Virus record (IMG/VR): IMGVR_UViG_3300044613_003178
Direction: 5' to 3' (one strand)
Length of the DNA stretch: 64,000 nt
From: a virus
In this document: one piece after another, positions 47,240 to 62,700 of the stretch
Layout: the number at the start of each line of letters is the position of its first letter
Position numbering within the stretch: the stretch's first letter is position 1
The notes under the pieces: model-generated
What the model saw: the letters and a program-made list of their open reading frames with translations, nothing else
The model's database searches: none
Told to the model about the DNA's origin: nothing
Position numbers and translations under genes: made by a program

Positions 47240-50200
47240 TTATTTAGGTTGTAAAATTGGTTCAACTGTTTTAATTAATAATTCCGTATAATTTGGAAAA
47301 GTACAAATAATGTCGTCTTCATATTGCGAGTCTCCTTCTCCTCTATATACATCAAAATTTTTATATAATTTAGTACCACTAAATCCATTTGCGGTATTGC
47401 TAAAATTGTTAACTATTATTCTTTCAAGATAATTTACTTCATTATTTGTACTTGATAACTTATTTGAATAAAATATTTGTTTTGAATATCTATTATCTCT
47501 GTCTCTCTGTAAAGAATTCCAATTTATTGCTGCCATTGGATTATAAAAAGATTCATGTGTAAAATGATTGAATGTAACATTGTTATTACTCGAATCTGTT
47601 AATGTTACATTTGTATAATCATATTTATTATGGCTAAAATAATTTTCAAAAATATCTCCAGGTTGTACTGCCTGTAATACTTTACTACCAGAAACCACAT
47701 TACCAAAATCACTATCAGTACCAAATGATGTTGTGGCTTTTATTGAATAGTAATAAGTAGTTCCAGCAGTAGCAGTTGTATCATCATATGAAGTAGTGGA
47801 AATACCACTAGATAAAAGAGACATAGAAGAAGTATCATTAGTTGTTCCTCTATAAACTTTATATGTAGATGCACCAGAAATAGAACTCCAATTTAAAGTT
47901 ACTTTTGTTGTTAAATTATTTGTTACAGAAGTTAAAGTTGGTGCTAATAATTTTAGAGATCCATTTACAGAATTACTACTGTTTGTTGATGTTATATTAT
48001 TCAAAGCAGTTACACTATATGAATGGTTGGTTCCATATGTTGCTGTTGTATCTGTATATGTCGTTGATGTGACTGGTGCTGTTGTTGTTGAAATTAATGT
48101 AGTTGCAACAGAACCCTTTTCTAATTGAGCACCCCATATTACAATACTACCATCTTCCCAAAATGTAGTTCCACCAGATGTAGTAAAATTATTTCCAATT
48201 GCAATATTTGATGTTATATTATTTGTAGTAGTTGTAAATGTAAAAGTAAATCTCGTTGGTGTTGTGTTGGCTATAAATTCATTTGAAAAACTACTTACAC
48301 CACCATTAAAATAACTCATTCTAAATTTTGCTGTGTCAGTAATAGATCTAACATAGCAAGAAAGCGTGTATATTGTTGAATTTGCTACATTTTTTATTAC
48401 TTGGTATATACCGTTATTTTGGGTTTTTGATGAAGATAATAATAATATTTTACCATATTCACCATTTGTATCATCATTTGGCATAGGAATTTGTGGACTA
48501 GAATTAATTGTTGAATTATTATACAAAATCCAATCCGTTTGTCCTAGTTGAAATGTATTACTATGTGTTAAAAAATTAGATGAAGAATATCCGTTTGTTA
48601 ATGGTATTCCATCTCTATTTACAGAATAGCCACCATATGCATATTGCGATGAATTCCAAGTTATAATTACTTTATCTGTGTAAATTGAACTTATAGAATT
48701 TAAATTAAAATTAGTTGGAGGGGGAGATTTTAAAATTCCAGTAGAAGAACTGTTTATATTACTAAGTGAACTTGCTGCACTTGCAAAAGATGAATTTGCT
48801 TTTATTCGATAGTAATAAATTGTATTATATGATAAATCTGTATTTGTATCAAAATATTCCGTAGTATAACTTGTATCTATTTGTGATAGTGTGCTCGAAC
48901 TTATTCCTCTAAAAATTGTGTAACTTGTTGCACCGGGAACAGCAGACCATGTTAATTTAATATAAGATTCTGTGGAATTTTCATTTTTTGTTGCTACAAA
49001 ACTAGTTGGTGTTGTTAATATAATATAACCAGTAGCAGATGGTGATGAAGAACTTTCACCATCACTATTCTGTGCCTTTACAGTGTAAGTGTACTGAATA
49101 CCTGGTGTTGGTGTATCTGTATATGTGGTTGTTCCTGCAAGAGTTATTCCTACTTGTATTCCATCTCTATAAATTTTATAAAGAGTTGCAGCAGTAACTG
49201 GTGACCAAGTTAATAATATAGAAGTAGTATTTGGTGATGCAATTGTGAGTGTGGTTGGTGCACTTGGAGGAGTAAATTGTGTTGACATGTTTTTTAACAC
49301 ACCAGAATCGATATTACTAAATGCTGTAGTTTCACCATTTGTAGAGCAAAGAGCACAAATACAATTTGCTTTTACTGCATAATAATATGTGGTTTCATAA
49401 ACTAAATCGGTGTTTGTATCATCATAAAATGGTGTTGAAGTTGTTACGAGAGGAACCATGCTTGCTTCGGTATTAAATAGTGATCTATATAAAGTATAAT
49501 TTAAAGCATCTGGAACAGAATTCCATGACACATAAATTTTTCCGGTAAATTGTGAATCGCTCGCAACTAAGCCAGATGGTGTTTGTAATTTTTTAATACC
49601 AATATCTGAATTTGAAAAAGAACTCTCAAACCCGAACATATTTTTTGCTTTTACTCTATAAGTATAATTTGTACAAGAAGATACTGATGGATCAATATCA
49701 TCATAAAAAGTATCAGTTACTACTGCAATTTGATTTGAATCTCTATAAACAATATAGACAGAAGCATTTGGAACTGGATTCCAAGATATAGAAATTTTAT
49801 TATCATAATCACCATTTGATGCAACAATAACAGGTGCATTTGGTATTGGGTTTTTTAAGATACCAGTGTCTTCATTACTATCGGCGCTTTCTTTTTCTAT
49901 ACCGTTTATATGACACGCAGCACGAATTTTATAAACATAAGTAGTTCCATAGACTAAATCAGTATTTGTATCTTGGTAATTAAAAGTTTGAACAGAATCG
50001 ATTAATGAATATGGTACACCAATAATTGCAGGTCTTCTATAAATATTATAATGTGTTGCATTTTGAACAGAAGACCAACTCAGAGTAATATTTTTTTCAT
50101 CTTGTCCATCAGCAGCAGTTAGTGATTGTGGTGGGGATAATTTTGCCCAACCTATTTCATAATTATCATTTGTATCTGTACATAGTCCTGCTTGATTTTC

Positions 50201-51040
50201 TGATATTACTAGATATTGATATTCTATTCCTTGTTGTATAGATGTATCTGTGTATGTTAGTTCTGTGGTATTGTGTATTTGTATACCATTTTTATACACT
50301 CTATAATTTGTTGCAGTTGGAACAGAATTCCATGATAATATTATTTTATCTGTATATGTTCCATAACTTACATTTATTGATGGACAGGTTGGTTTATTAA
50401 CGAATAAAAACCCAGAAGTGTGTGAACTTTCTATACCATTACCATCCCCCGATACCGGTATTATTCTATAGTAATAAATATTACCATATATAAGATCTGA
50501 TGAATCTATAAAAGAATTTGATGAAGTTATTCCCAAAATTATCATATTTTCTAAATTTGTAGTATTTCCTCTATAAACAATATAATTTACTGCATTAGGA
50601 TTAGAATCCCATGACAAATTTATAGTACTTTGTAATGTTTGTGATGCTGTTAAATTTTGAACACCATTAATTTTTATAGAACCAGTATCCGTGTTACTTT
50701 GTTGACTTTCTCCAGAATTATTAATTCCACTAACTGAATAAGTATAAATTTTTCCTTCTTCTACATTTGTGTCCTTGTATGTAAATGTATTATTTGTATT
50801 TAATGTTAAATTATTTAATTCTATTAAAAAATTAAAATCTCTATAAATTTTATAAAAAACTGCCTTTTCACTTGGTTGCCATTGTAATTCAATACCGTCT
50901 GTATATAAATTACTAGAGGCGATTAAATTTGTAGGAGGAGATGGAATATCACTAAATTGAAAAACTATATTACCGACAGGTTCTCCTGAACCATAAATTC
51001 CAGAACCAACACCGGGTGCAAATTGATCTCTTTGTGACAT
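47240..51040 (-). CDS. Multi-fibronectin type III repeat virion protein with inserted CBM-like domain
   Basis: About 10 repeats of P..L.AS...I.LSW..V..A..Y.IYR...Y.D......YYY.V.A. Confidence 0.88.
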   Translation of the reverse strand: MSQRDQFAPGVGSGIYGSGEPVGNIVFQFSDIPSPPTNLIASSNLYTDGIELQWQPSEKAVFYKIYRDFNFLIELNNLTLNTNNTFTYKDTNVEEGKIYTYSVSGINNSGESQQSNTDTGSIKINGVQNLTASQTLQSTINLSWDSNPNAVNYIVYRGNTTNLENMIILGITSSNSFIDSSDLIYGNIYYYRIIPVSGDGNGIESSHTSGFLFVNKPTCPSINVSYGTYTDKIILSWNSVPTATNYRVYKNGIQIHNTTELTYTDTSIQQGIEYQYLVISENQAGLCTDTNDNYEIGWAKLSPPQSLTAADGQDEKNITLSWSSVQNATHYNIYRRPAIIGVPYSLIDSVQTFNYQDTNTDLVYGTTYVYKIRAACHINGIEKESADSNEDTGILKNPIPNAPVIVASNGDYDNKISISWNPVPNASVYIVYRDSNQIAVVTDTFYDDIDPSVSSCTNYTYRVKAKNMFGFESSFSNSDIGIKKLQTPSGLVASDSQFTGKIYVSWNSVPDALNYTLYRSLFNTEASMVPLVTTSTPFYDDTNTDLVYETTYYYAVKANCICALCSTNGETTAFSNIDSGVLKNMSTQFTPPSAPTTLTIASPNTTSILLTWSPVTAATLYKIYRDGIQVGITLAGTTTYTDTPTPGIQYTYTVKAQNSDGESSSSPSATGYIILTTPTSFVATKNENSTESYIKLTWSAVPGATSYTIFRGISSSTLSQIDTSYTTEYFDTNTDLSYNTIYYYRIKANSSFASAASSLSNINSSSTGILKSPPPTNFNLNSISSIYTDKVIITWNSSQYAYGGYSVNRDGIPLTNGYSSSNFLTHSNTFQLGQTDWILYNNSTINSSPQIPMPNDDTNGEYGKILLLSSSKTQNNGIYQVIKNVANSTIYTLSCYVRSITDTAKFRMSYFNGGVSSFSNEFIANTTPTRFTFTFTTTTNNITSNIAIGNNFTTSGGTTFWEDGSIVIWGAQLEKGSVATTLISTTTAPVTSTTYTDTTATYGTNHSYSVTALNNITSTNSSNSVNGSLKLLAPTLTSVTNNLTTKVTLNWSSISGASTYKVYRGTTNDTSSMSLLSSGISTTSYDDTTATAGTTYYYSIKATTSFGTDSDFGNVVSGSKVLQAVQPGDIFENYFSHNKYDYTNVTLTDSSNNNVTFNHFTHESFYNPMAAINWNSLQRDRDNRYSKQIFYSNKLSSTNNEVNYLERIIVNNFSNTANGFSGTKLYKNFDVYRGEGDSQYEDDIICTFPNYTELLIKTVEPILQPK

Positions 51041-51213
51041 TATTCAAATTCCTCTATTTCTACTAAGTAGTCGTATGGTTCTGTTGAATTTACATTATTA
51101 GGTTGAACTAAAATTATCTTATCGTTATTTGTATCTAGTATAAAATCACCATTCGTATCTTTTTCAAAAATAACAGGTCTAACTCTTATTGAAGCGTATT
51201 TCTTATATGCCAT
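51040..51213 (-). CDS. Small protein (57 aa), possibly a detached gp15 C-terminal segment
   Basis: Below the track cut-off. MAYKKYASIRVRPVIFEKD...QPNNVNSTEPYDYLVEIEEFE; starts 2 nt after the gp15 stop; TAATG overlap with the FN3 gene. Confidence 0.7.
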   Translation of the reverse strand: MAYKKYASIRVRPVIFEKDTNGDFILDTNNDKIILVQPNNVNSTEPYDYLVEIEEFE

Positions 51214-51215
51214 AT

Positions 51216-51881
51216 TTAGACCTCATCGAAATCAAAAAGATTAACCTTAACATCTTTAATTATACTAGAAGAATTTCTAACCGGACCATATAGATTTGCT
51301 TTAGCGGTAAATTGCAAATCCCAAGTTAACATTCTTGTTTCTTCAGAAAAACTCTGATCATATACTTCGTTTGGTGTAATTTGATTTAATATTATTGGAA
51401 TATCTACTTTTTCTAAAGTGTTGTCCAATACTTTTGGTTTTATTGTTATTGTAAAATCTGGAGTAAAGAATGGTAATATTTGTTCTACAACTTGTAGACC
51501 GTCATCGATGTTTCTTGCATAAATGTATAATTCAAAATCTATATTATATGGAACATCTTCATAGCGATATTGAAAGGTTATATCATCATTAGTGCCGACT
51601 TCTTGTTTCCATCTTTTATTTAATGAATTTTTCTTTCTGTCAGCATCATATGACATACTTGTTATCGAAAATCCCATTCTAGGAAGAATAGTTTGAACCA
51701 TTGTCTTATCTACATCTAAATTTAAACGATGAACAAACTTTTCTTTTGGAGAATAAATCAGTGGGACTTTTATTTTCTTTGTGGTAGTTCCATCGTTTCT
51801 TACGATATAAATGTTATTAAATAAGGTGCCGAAGGCAGTCACCATTTTTCTTATAGTGCCATGATAGAAATTTGTAAACAT
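51216..51881 (-). CDS. gp15: Tail sheath stabiliser / terminator (gp15-like)
   Basis: FYHGTIRK...FG.LFNNI, KVPL.Y.PKEKF, LPRM.F, VPYN, QVVEQILPFF.P, LYGPV. Confidence 0.94.
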   Translation of the reverse strand: MFTNFYHGTIRKMVTAFGTLFNNIYIVRNDGTTTKKIKVPLIYSPKEKFVHRLNLDVDKTMVQTILPRMGFSITSMSYDADRKKNSLNKRWKQEVGTNDDITFQYRYEDVPYNIDFELYIYARNIDDGLQVVEQILPFFTPDFTITIKPKVLDNTLEKVDIPIILNQITPNEVYDQSFSEETRMLTWDLQFTAKANLYGPVRNSSSIIKDVKVNLFDFDEV

Positions 51882-52582
51882 CAGTAATTACCCTCAGAGA
51901 ATGGATCTTTCTCGGTAAAATCTATAATATCATTTGCTTCATTTTGAATCTGGGTATTGTCATTTATCTTTTTCTTATCCATAATATAATCTGCTATACC
52001 GTCACCATCAACATCGACTTCTTGTACCAATTCAGATTTGATATCATCAATCTTACTGAATCCTGTATTAATATCTTCCATAGAGTACTTATATAGTTCA
52101 CAATCTAGTCTAAATGTGTAGTAATCGCCTTGTTGATAAAGAACATCTTCATTTTCAACAAACTTAATTTCATATAAGTTGTCAGATGTTTGTGCAAGTG
52201 GCAAGTAAATCAAATCACCTTCAATTGGTCTATTCATTGGGTATAAACGACCAGTTAATTGTGGTAGTTTGAAAGATTCTTCTCTAAATCTTTTCTTAGA
52301 TACAATCAAAGTAACATTATCTTTAACTTCCATACCAAATTTATTTACTATATCTCTTTCTCCCTCAAATCCCTTTGCATTCTTTAAATACATTTCAATT
52401 CCAAAAGAATTTTTGAGTTTGCCATGTTGATTATCACCAAATAACTGGTCAACTTTATCTGTTGTTTTTATAATATAAACAACATCAATACCATTTACTT
52501 TGATAGCCTCTTCTGATAAATCCTCTATCAGATTTTGAGTAGGTTTATAACCTTGATTTTTAAAATATGGATTTGTTGCCAT
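51881..52582 (-). CDS. gp14: Neck protein (gp14-like)
   Basis: NPYF, E.I...G.DV.Y, IEMY, KFG, RP.EGDLIYLP, EIKFVE, DFTE.DPFSE. Confidence 0.93.
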   Translation of the reverse strand: MATNPYFKNQGYKPTQNLIEDLSEEAIKVNGIDVVYIIKTTDKVDQLFGDNQHGKLKNSFGIEMYLKNAKGFEGERDIVNKFGMEVKDNVTLIVSKKRFREESFKLPQLTGRLYPMNRPIEGDLIYLPLAQTSDNLYEIKFVENEDVLYQQGDYYTFRLDCELYKYSMEDINTGFSKIDDIKSELVQEVDVDGDGIADYIMDKKKINDNTQIQNEANDIIDFTEKDPFSEGNY

Positions 52583-52583
52583 T

Positions 52584-53408
52584 TTATCCTACAAAGAATT
52601 GAGGAGGAAGTTCCCACTTAGATTGCATTTCGTTTTCTAATTTTTGTACTTCTGATGTTGCTTCTTGGAATATTTCAGCACCATTCAGAACAATTCCACC
52701 CGGTAACTCCATACCACCAAACTTCATCATATTTGCTCCCCATTGTTGTTTAATAAGAGCGGTAGTATAAAGTTTTAATGTTCTATCGTTGTATATTTCA
52801 GTATATGCTTCTGGATTCAATATCTTGTATGCTTCGAATAACATATATTGACCAAGATATGTTTGACCCTTCCAATCCATGTTTACATATATTCTGTTTG
52901 TCACACGACTAAATTCCAAAGTCTTCTCCGGAGTTAACATATCTTGTAACATCTGCATGTGGCTTCTTGTTATTGCATATGTTATCAAAGACTGACTATA
53001 GGTGTTTGTGCGAAGACCGTATAAGTCGTTTAAAGCGATCTGGTAGCGTGCATCAAACATACCAGTGCCACCAAGGGTATCATACAACTGGAATACCTTT
53101 GTTACTGATATGATAGAATTGCCATCTGGATCTAATGCGGGAGCATCCACGATAGGCACAGTTGCTCCTGGGTCTGCTGTAGTTGCTTCTGTTAGATCAA
53201 TATATCCTCTGTCTATGTCTTTTTGTTCAATCTGCTTACGCATGTATACCTTTTCGACACCATCAAAATGATATTCTGCAAAAAATTGCAAAGCATCGTC
53301 TAGACGATCCTCTATTTGGGCATCATCGACATTTATTTGAATAACTGGATAACCCAGTTTTCTAAGACAAAAATCTTTTAATTGTTCTCTGCTGGCTGGT
53401 TTAGCCAT
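52584..53408 (-). CDS. gp13: Neck protein (gp13-like)
   Basis: PASR..LK..CLRKLG.PVIQINVDD.Q..DR.DDALQ.F..YHFDG, ALIKQQWG.N..KF, LPGG..LNG. Confidence 0.95.
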   Translation of the reverse strand: MAKPASREQLKDFCLRKLGYPVIQINVDDAQIEDRLDDALQFFAEYHFDGVEKVYMRKQIEQKDIDRGYIDLTEATTADPGATVPIVDAPALDPDGNSIISVTKVFQLYDTLGGTGMFDARYQIALNDLYGLRTNTYSQSLITYAITRSHMQMLQDMLTPEKTLEFSRVTNRIYVNMDWKGQTYLGQYMLFEAYKILNPEAYTEIYNDRTLKLYTTALIKQQWGANMMKFGGMELPGGIVLNGAEIFQEATSEVQKLENEMQSKWELPPQFFVG

Positions 53409-53415
53409 AAAAAAA

Positions 53416-53448
53416 TCTCCTCTTTATCTGTTATTTATAAAGAGGAGA
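53416..53448 (-). promoter_or_regulatory. RBS-sequestering hairpin/terminator containing the gp13 late promoter (TATAAATA, 53432-53439)
   Basis: Perfect 12-bp inverted repeat TCTCCTCTTTAT / ATAAAGAGGAGA with a 9-nt loop, followed by T7 and the gp13 ATG; the 3' arm contains the SD GAGGAG. Confidence 0.85.
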
Positions 53449-53472
53449 CTTCTTAGTTTTTAAGAAAAATGC

Positions 53473-53829
53473 TTATTCTGAGAATAAGAATCCGACTTTT
53501 AACAAATCATTTGCAGATAAGTTGAGTCCATCGAATTTTTCAACAGAAACTGGTTCCCATTGAATTTCGATCTCCGTAGATAGTAATTCTCCAAATTCCT
53601 TCATAAATTCTTCTTTATTTGCCTCTGATACCGAAACAGAGCCATTTTCATCCTTTTGACCATGCTTTGATACCAATTTAACTCTTTGGTCTTCTATTGA
53701 CTTAATCTCATCATTTAAAGACTTTAGTAACTTTGTTAACTTAAATGCCACTGATGCTGGTAATTCAGCATCTAGTATCTTGTTCATGACAGAAACAGAA
53801 TTATAAACTTCAACTAACTTAACCTTCAT
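53473..53829 (-). CDS. Hypothetical protein (DUF1617-like, possible fibre chaperone)
   Basis: L....LP...AFKL.K..K.L..E.......R.KL..K.G.KDENG....F..E..ELL..EIEI pattern; AAGGAG SD. Confidence 0.7.
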   Translation of the reverse strand: MKVKLVEVYNSVSVMNKILDAELPASVAFKLTKLLKSLNDEIKSIEDQRVKLVSKHGQKDENGSVSVSEANKEEFMKEFGELLSTEIEIQWEPVSVEKFDGLNLSANDLLKVGFLFSE

Positions 53830-53843
53830 TTTTAAATCTCCTT

Positions 53844-54611
53844 TTATGCTATAGATGCAAAAAACTCAACAGTACCAAACCACTCAATGTTTTCACTAGA
53901 TCTTATACTTCTTCCTTGAATTGTCAAGTTCAAAGTATCATCTGTAGTGCTATTTGTGTTACCAGTATTTATACTGTGTATTATCTTTGGATAATTTGCA
54001 ATTATTGTAGAATCTAGTGGAGTTGTTATTGTAGAGAATTTTGGTTGTAACATCAATTCTGATACTGTTGGTATAGATGCAAAATTTTGAAATTGTTTAT
54101 CTGGTCCAACTGCAGCAATAGTAGAATTATTTGCACCACTGCCTTTATTAAAAATATAAGAAAAATGACCTGGTATATGTCTAAAAATAAAGTTACTAGC
54201 ACCAGTTCTATCTGATACTATATTATATCCTGTTGTAAAATGATAATATTGAAAAACAGATCCAATAGTCCCTTGTGCCATAAGATCCATTTTTACAGTA
54301 AGATATAATTTAGTTTTTGATGTACCTATATTAAAATTATAACTTTTTAGTGTACCGAATGTAGTAGTGTTTGTCATTGAATTAGAAAATACTTCTTTTT
54401 TATAATAAGAACTACCACTAGTTGGTGTTATAGTTATTGAATCCGCTGAACCAACTGAGTTTAATGCTTGTGGTTCTAATCTAAATTTTCCAGTAGCATC
54501 TGATTTTAACACTAAAACTTGATCTGCTGTGGAACTAGCACCGGAAATTAATATATTACTTATATTTCCTAAATCGAATCCATAATTTGAATTAAATGAA
54601 GTGTTTCCCAT
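53844..54611 (-). CDS. Hypothetical virion protein (255 aa)
   Basis: Ser/Thr/Asn-rich beta-type composition; N-terminus resembles that of the upstream 1702-aa protein. Confidence 0.7.
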   Translation of the reverse strand: MGNTSFNSNYGFDLGNISNILISGASSTADQVLVLKSDATGKFRLEPQALNSVGSADSITITPTSGSSYYKKEVFSNSMTNTTTFGTLKSYNFNIGTSKTKLYLTVKMDLMAQGTIGSVFQYYHFTTGYNIVSDRTGASNFIFRHIPGHFSYIFNKGSGANNSTIAAVGPDKQFQNFASIPTVSELMLQPKFSTITTPLDSTIIANYPKIIHSINTGNTNSTTDDTLNLTIQGRSIRSSENIEWFGTVEFFASIA

Positions 54612-54624
54612 GTGGTTTCCTTTG

Positions 54625-59733
<5,109 letters not shown>

Positions 59734-59734
59734 A

Positions 59735-62700
59735 TTAGACTTCGTACTTCAATAGTTTGATATCTAAACTTCCTGGTGTATTACTATGTGTGAGTGTAAC
59801 AGTTGTTTCACTACCACCTGCTGTAGCGGAAATTGAAAAATTCACTGATAATGATGTCGATGTACTGGATGATGCATATTGAACTATATTTGTTGTGGTT
59901 CCTTTAACTTGAATCAATAATTCTGTTGTATAGAAATCACCTGATGCATTTTCTACATGTATGAAATATTTATAGGATTTCTTTGAATTATTTGGAATAA
60001 GGAATTGATCAACGGTAGTTGCACTTGTTGCTCTTGGTATGAATGTATGTGTTAAATATGCAGTATTCTTAGAATTTGCATATGCAGTAGTACCAGTATC
60101 AACATCCAATACTTCTAAACCTAAACGACAACTTCTATCTTTTTGTATTGTTTTACCAGTATTTGTTGATAAATTATAGTTAGTAAAGATTAAACCATTA
60201 TTTGTTGTATCATTTCTTAGATAGACACCATTACCAAGAGTATCTGAATTTGAATCTGGACCAGTCCCGATTAAGAAATTGGGCATACAAATTCTTGGAG
60301 AACTTGCAGCAGATAGATTTGCCCAAGCAGAACTACCAAAGAATCTTGTCTTTATAGTAGAACTTGGAGGTGCTGTTACTCCAGATGCAACCGTAAATCC
60401 AGAACCACCAAGACCTAATTGTGTGATAAAATCACCACCAGACCATGTTGAAACAAGAACAGTGTCTCTTCCTAGATGTAGTGAAGAACTACCAGTTGGC
60501 ATACTAATACCAATATTTGCATTTCCGTTTGTATACACTCCACCGTTACTTGCAATTATTGGGAAAGTTGTTGCTGCTGCAGTGCTTGCAGTAATCGTAG
60601 TACCAGAGAATGACAAATTACTTATATTTGTAAATGATAGAGTACTGATGAAATTGCTTGTAGCAACTAAAGTTCCACCACCTGTAAGTCCTACTACATG
60701 TGTAATTGCAGTTGATCCTGCTCCAAAAGAATTTACATAAGTTAAGTTACCAGTTGCAGCGTCTATTACTGGTAATTGTGAACCGGATGAAGCATTTACT
60801 GGCACAAATTTACTGACTATTGCATCTTTATTTACAGTTGCTGTACCAAAACCATATAAGAATCCTGCCCCACCATTGATAGTAGAAGTTAATCCAGACC
60901 ATCTTATTGATGAAGAAATTAATGCTGTAAAATTGTCAAGTGAGGAAATAGTATATTCTAAATCACCATCCGAAAACAATAATTTTTCTTTTGAGGATGC
61001 AGAACTGTTTGTCCTAGTGCCATCCCAATCACCAACGAGAGATATACTTCCAGTCCCACCAGTACCACCAGTATTTGTAATAATAATTTGATGATCTGTA
61101 CTTTCTGTTACAGTAATACCACTTCCACCTTTTAGTTTAATAATATTAGTTTCACTTGGTGTTACTGTTCCGGCATCAGTTTCTATACTTGTAAAATAAT
61201 TTGCACCAATCATTGTTGCCAATTCAGATGCAGATACAGATTTTAGATCACCATTACCAACTCTTCCTAGAACACTATTAGTACCTATTGACAGATCCTG
61301 TGGTGTATTATCAGAATTTGTTGAACCTGTGCCAACCTTTACTGTATTATCTGCCATTGTAGCAAGATAATTATTTGTTATTCCATTCGTTGCTATCTTA
61401 AAGTAAATTGTATCTGAATTTGTATCAGAATCCAAAAGTATTGGTGAAGAGGTAGTATCAAATCTTAAAGTTCCATGACTTTGTGTTTCAATTCTGGTTA
61501 CGGAAAGAGCAGTTGAAGTTGTTGAAATTAGAGAATTTGCTGTTCTTCCTTCTTCTACTTGAGCACCCCAAACTACAACACTACCACCATTTATTGTACC
61601 AAATGGTTGAGAAATATTAATATTTGGTGGTATTTCTGTTGTACTTGCACTGACAGTAGTGGATGGTTGTGCTTTAACTGTAAAAGTAAATCTTTGTGGA
61701 GTTGTTGTTGCTGTAAAATCCGGTGAATATGTTGGTGCTGCAGTGTTGACAAATCCTGCTTTTTTTCCGTGATAGTAACCAATTTTAAATGATTGAGTAC
61801 CAGATAAAGTAGCAACATATACAGAAATTGTAAGATATTTACCTTCAGTTTCTGTTGCGTTCCAATTTGTGCTTGTACCGGGTTTACAAAAATTTGCAAA
61901 AATACCATTATTTAAATTTGAAGTTAATGATGAATTATTTACGAAAGTTACTTTTGTTCCTGTGGTTGAAGTTATTATACCATCAGTAAATGTAATCGAA
62001 CTTTCTGTTTCTTTTCCTGCAATATTTGTTGTAGCAGCACCAATTGAAGAATCTGCTGCTTGTCCATCTCTATATCTAAGCCAAGTTATTGAAGTCATTA
62101 CATTACTATTCAAGAAATAGTTGCTATATGTGACTGTTGATGTACCATTTGATTCTATTGTTTCACCAGTATCAGCAATATAAACTTTACTAAATGCTGA
62201 ACCATATTTATTTGTTATCTTGATTGATGGAATACCAGAAATAATATCTGCTACAGTATTATTTACTGCAAGTTCAATGCCATCTCCCTCTTGAAGACCA
62301 ATCAGAGCACCATTTATAGAATTTGTAGTTGTAAATCTAAACGCTGGTATTTCATAATCTTGTGTTGTTCCTATAGTTGTAGCGTTTCTTGGTATTCGTA
62401 CTATACCAAAATTTCTTGTAGGTGTTATACCAAAGTTATTTTGTTTTGCTGTCGGATAACCAGTATCAAAACCTGTTTTAGCAAATTTGTCTTGTAATAA
62501 TGTTGTTGGTGTATCCCACGAAATTACACCAGAAGAATTTGCACTTAAAATTGAATTATTAGTTGTAACTTGTAAAGTTGGTGTTCCGCTAGAATTACCA
62601 ATCAAAACAGAATTTGGATTAAATGTTGCAAGCTTTGTTATTGTTATGCTACCGTTTGAAACACTTGCTACAGATTGACCTGTTGCCTCTATTAATAAAC

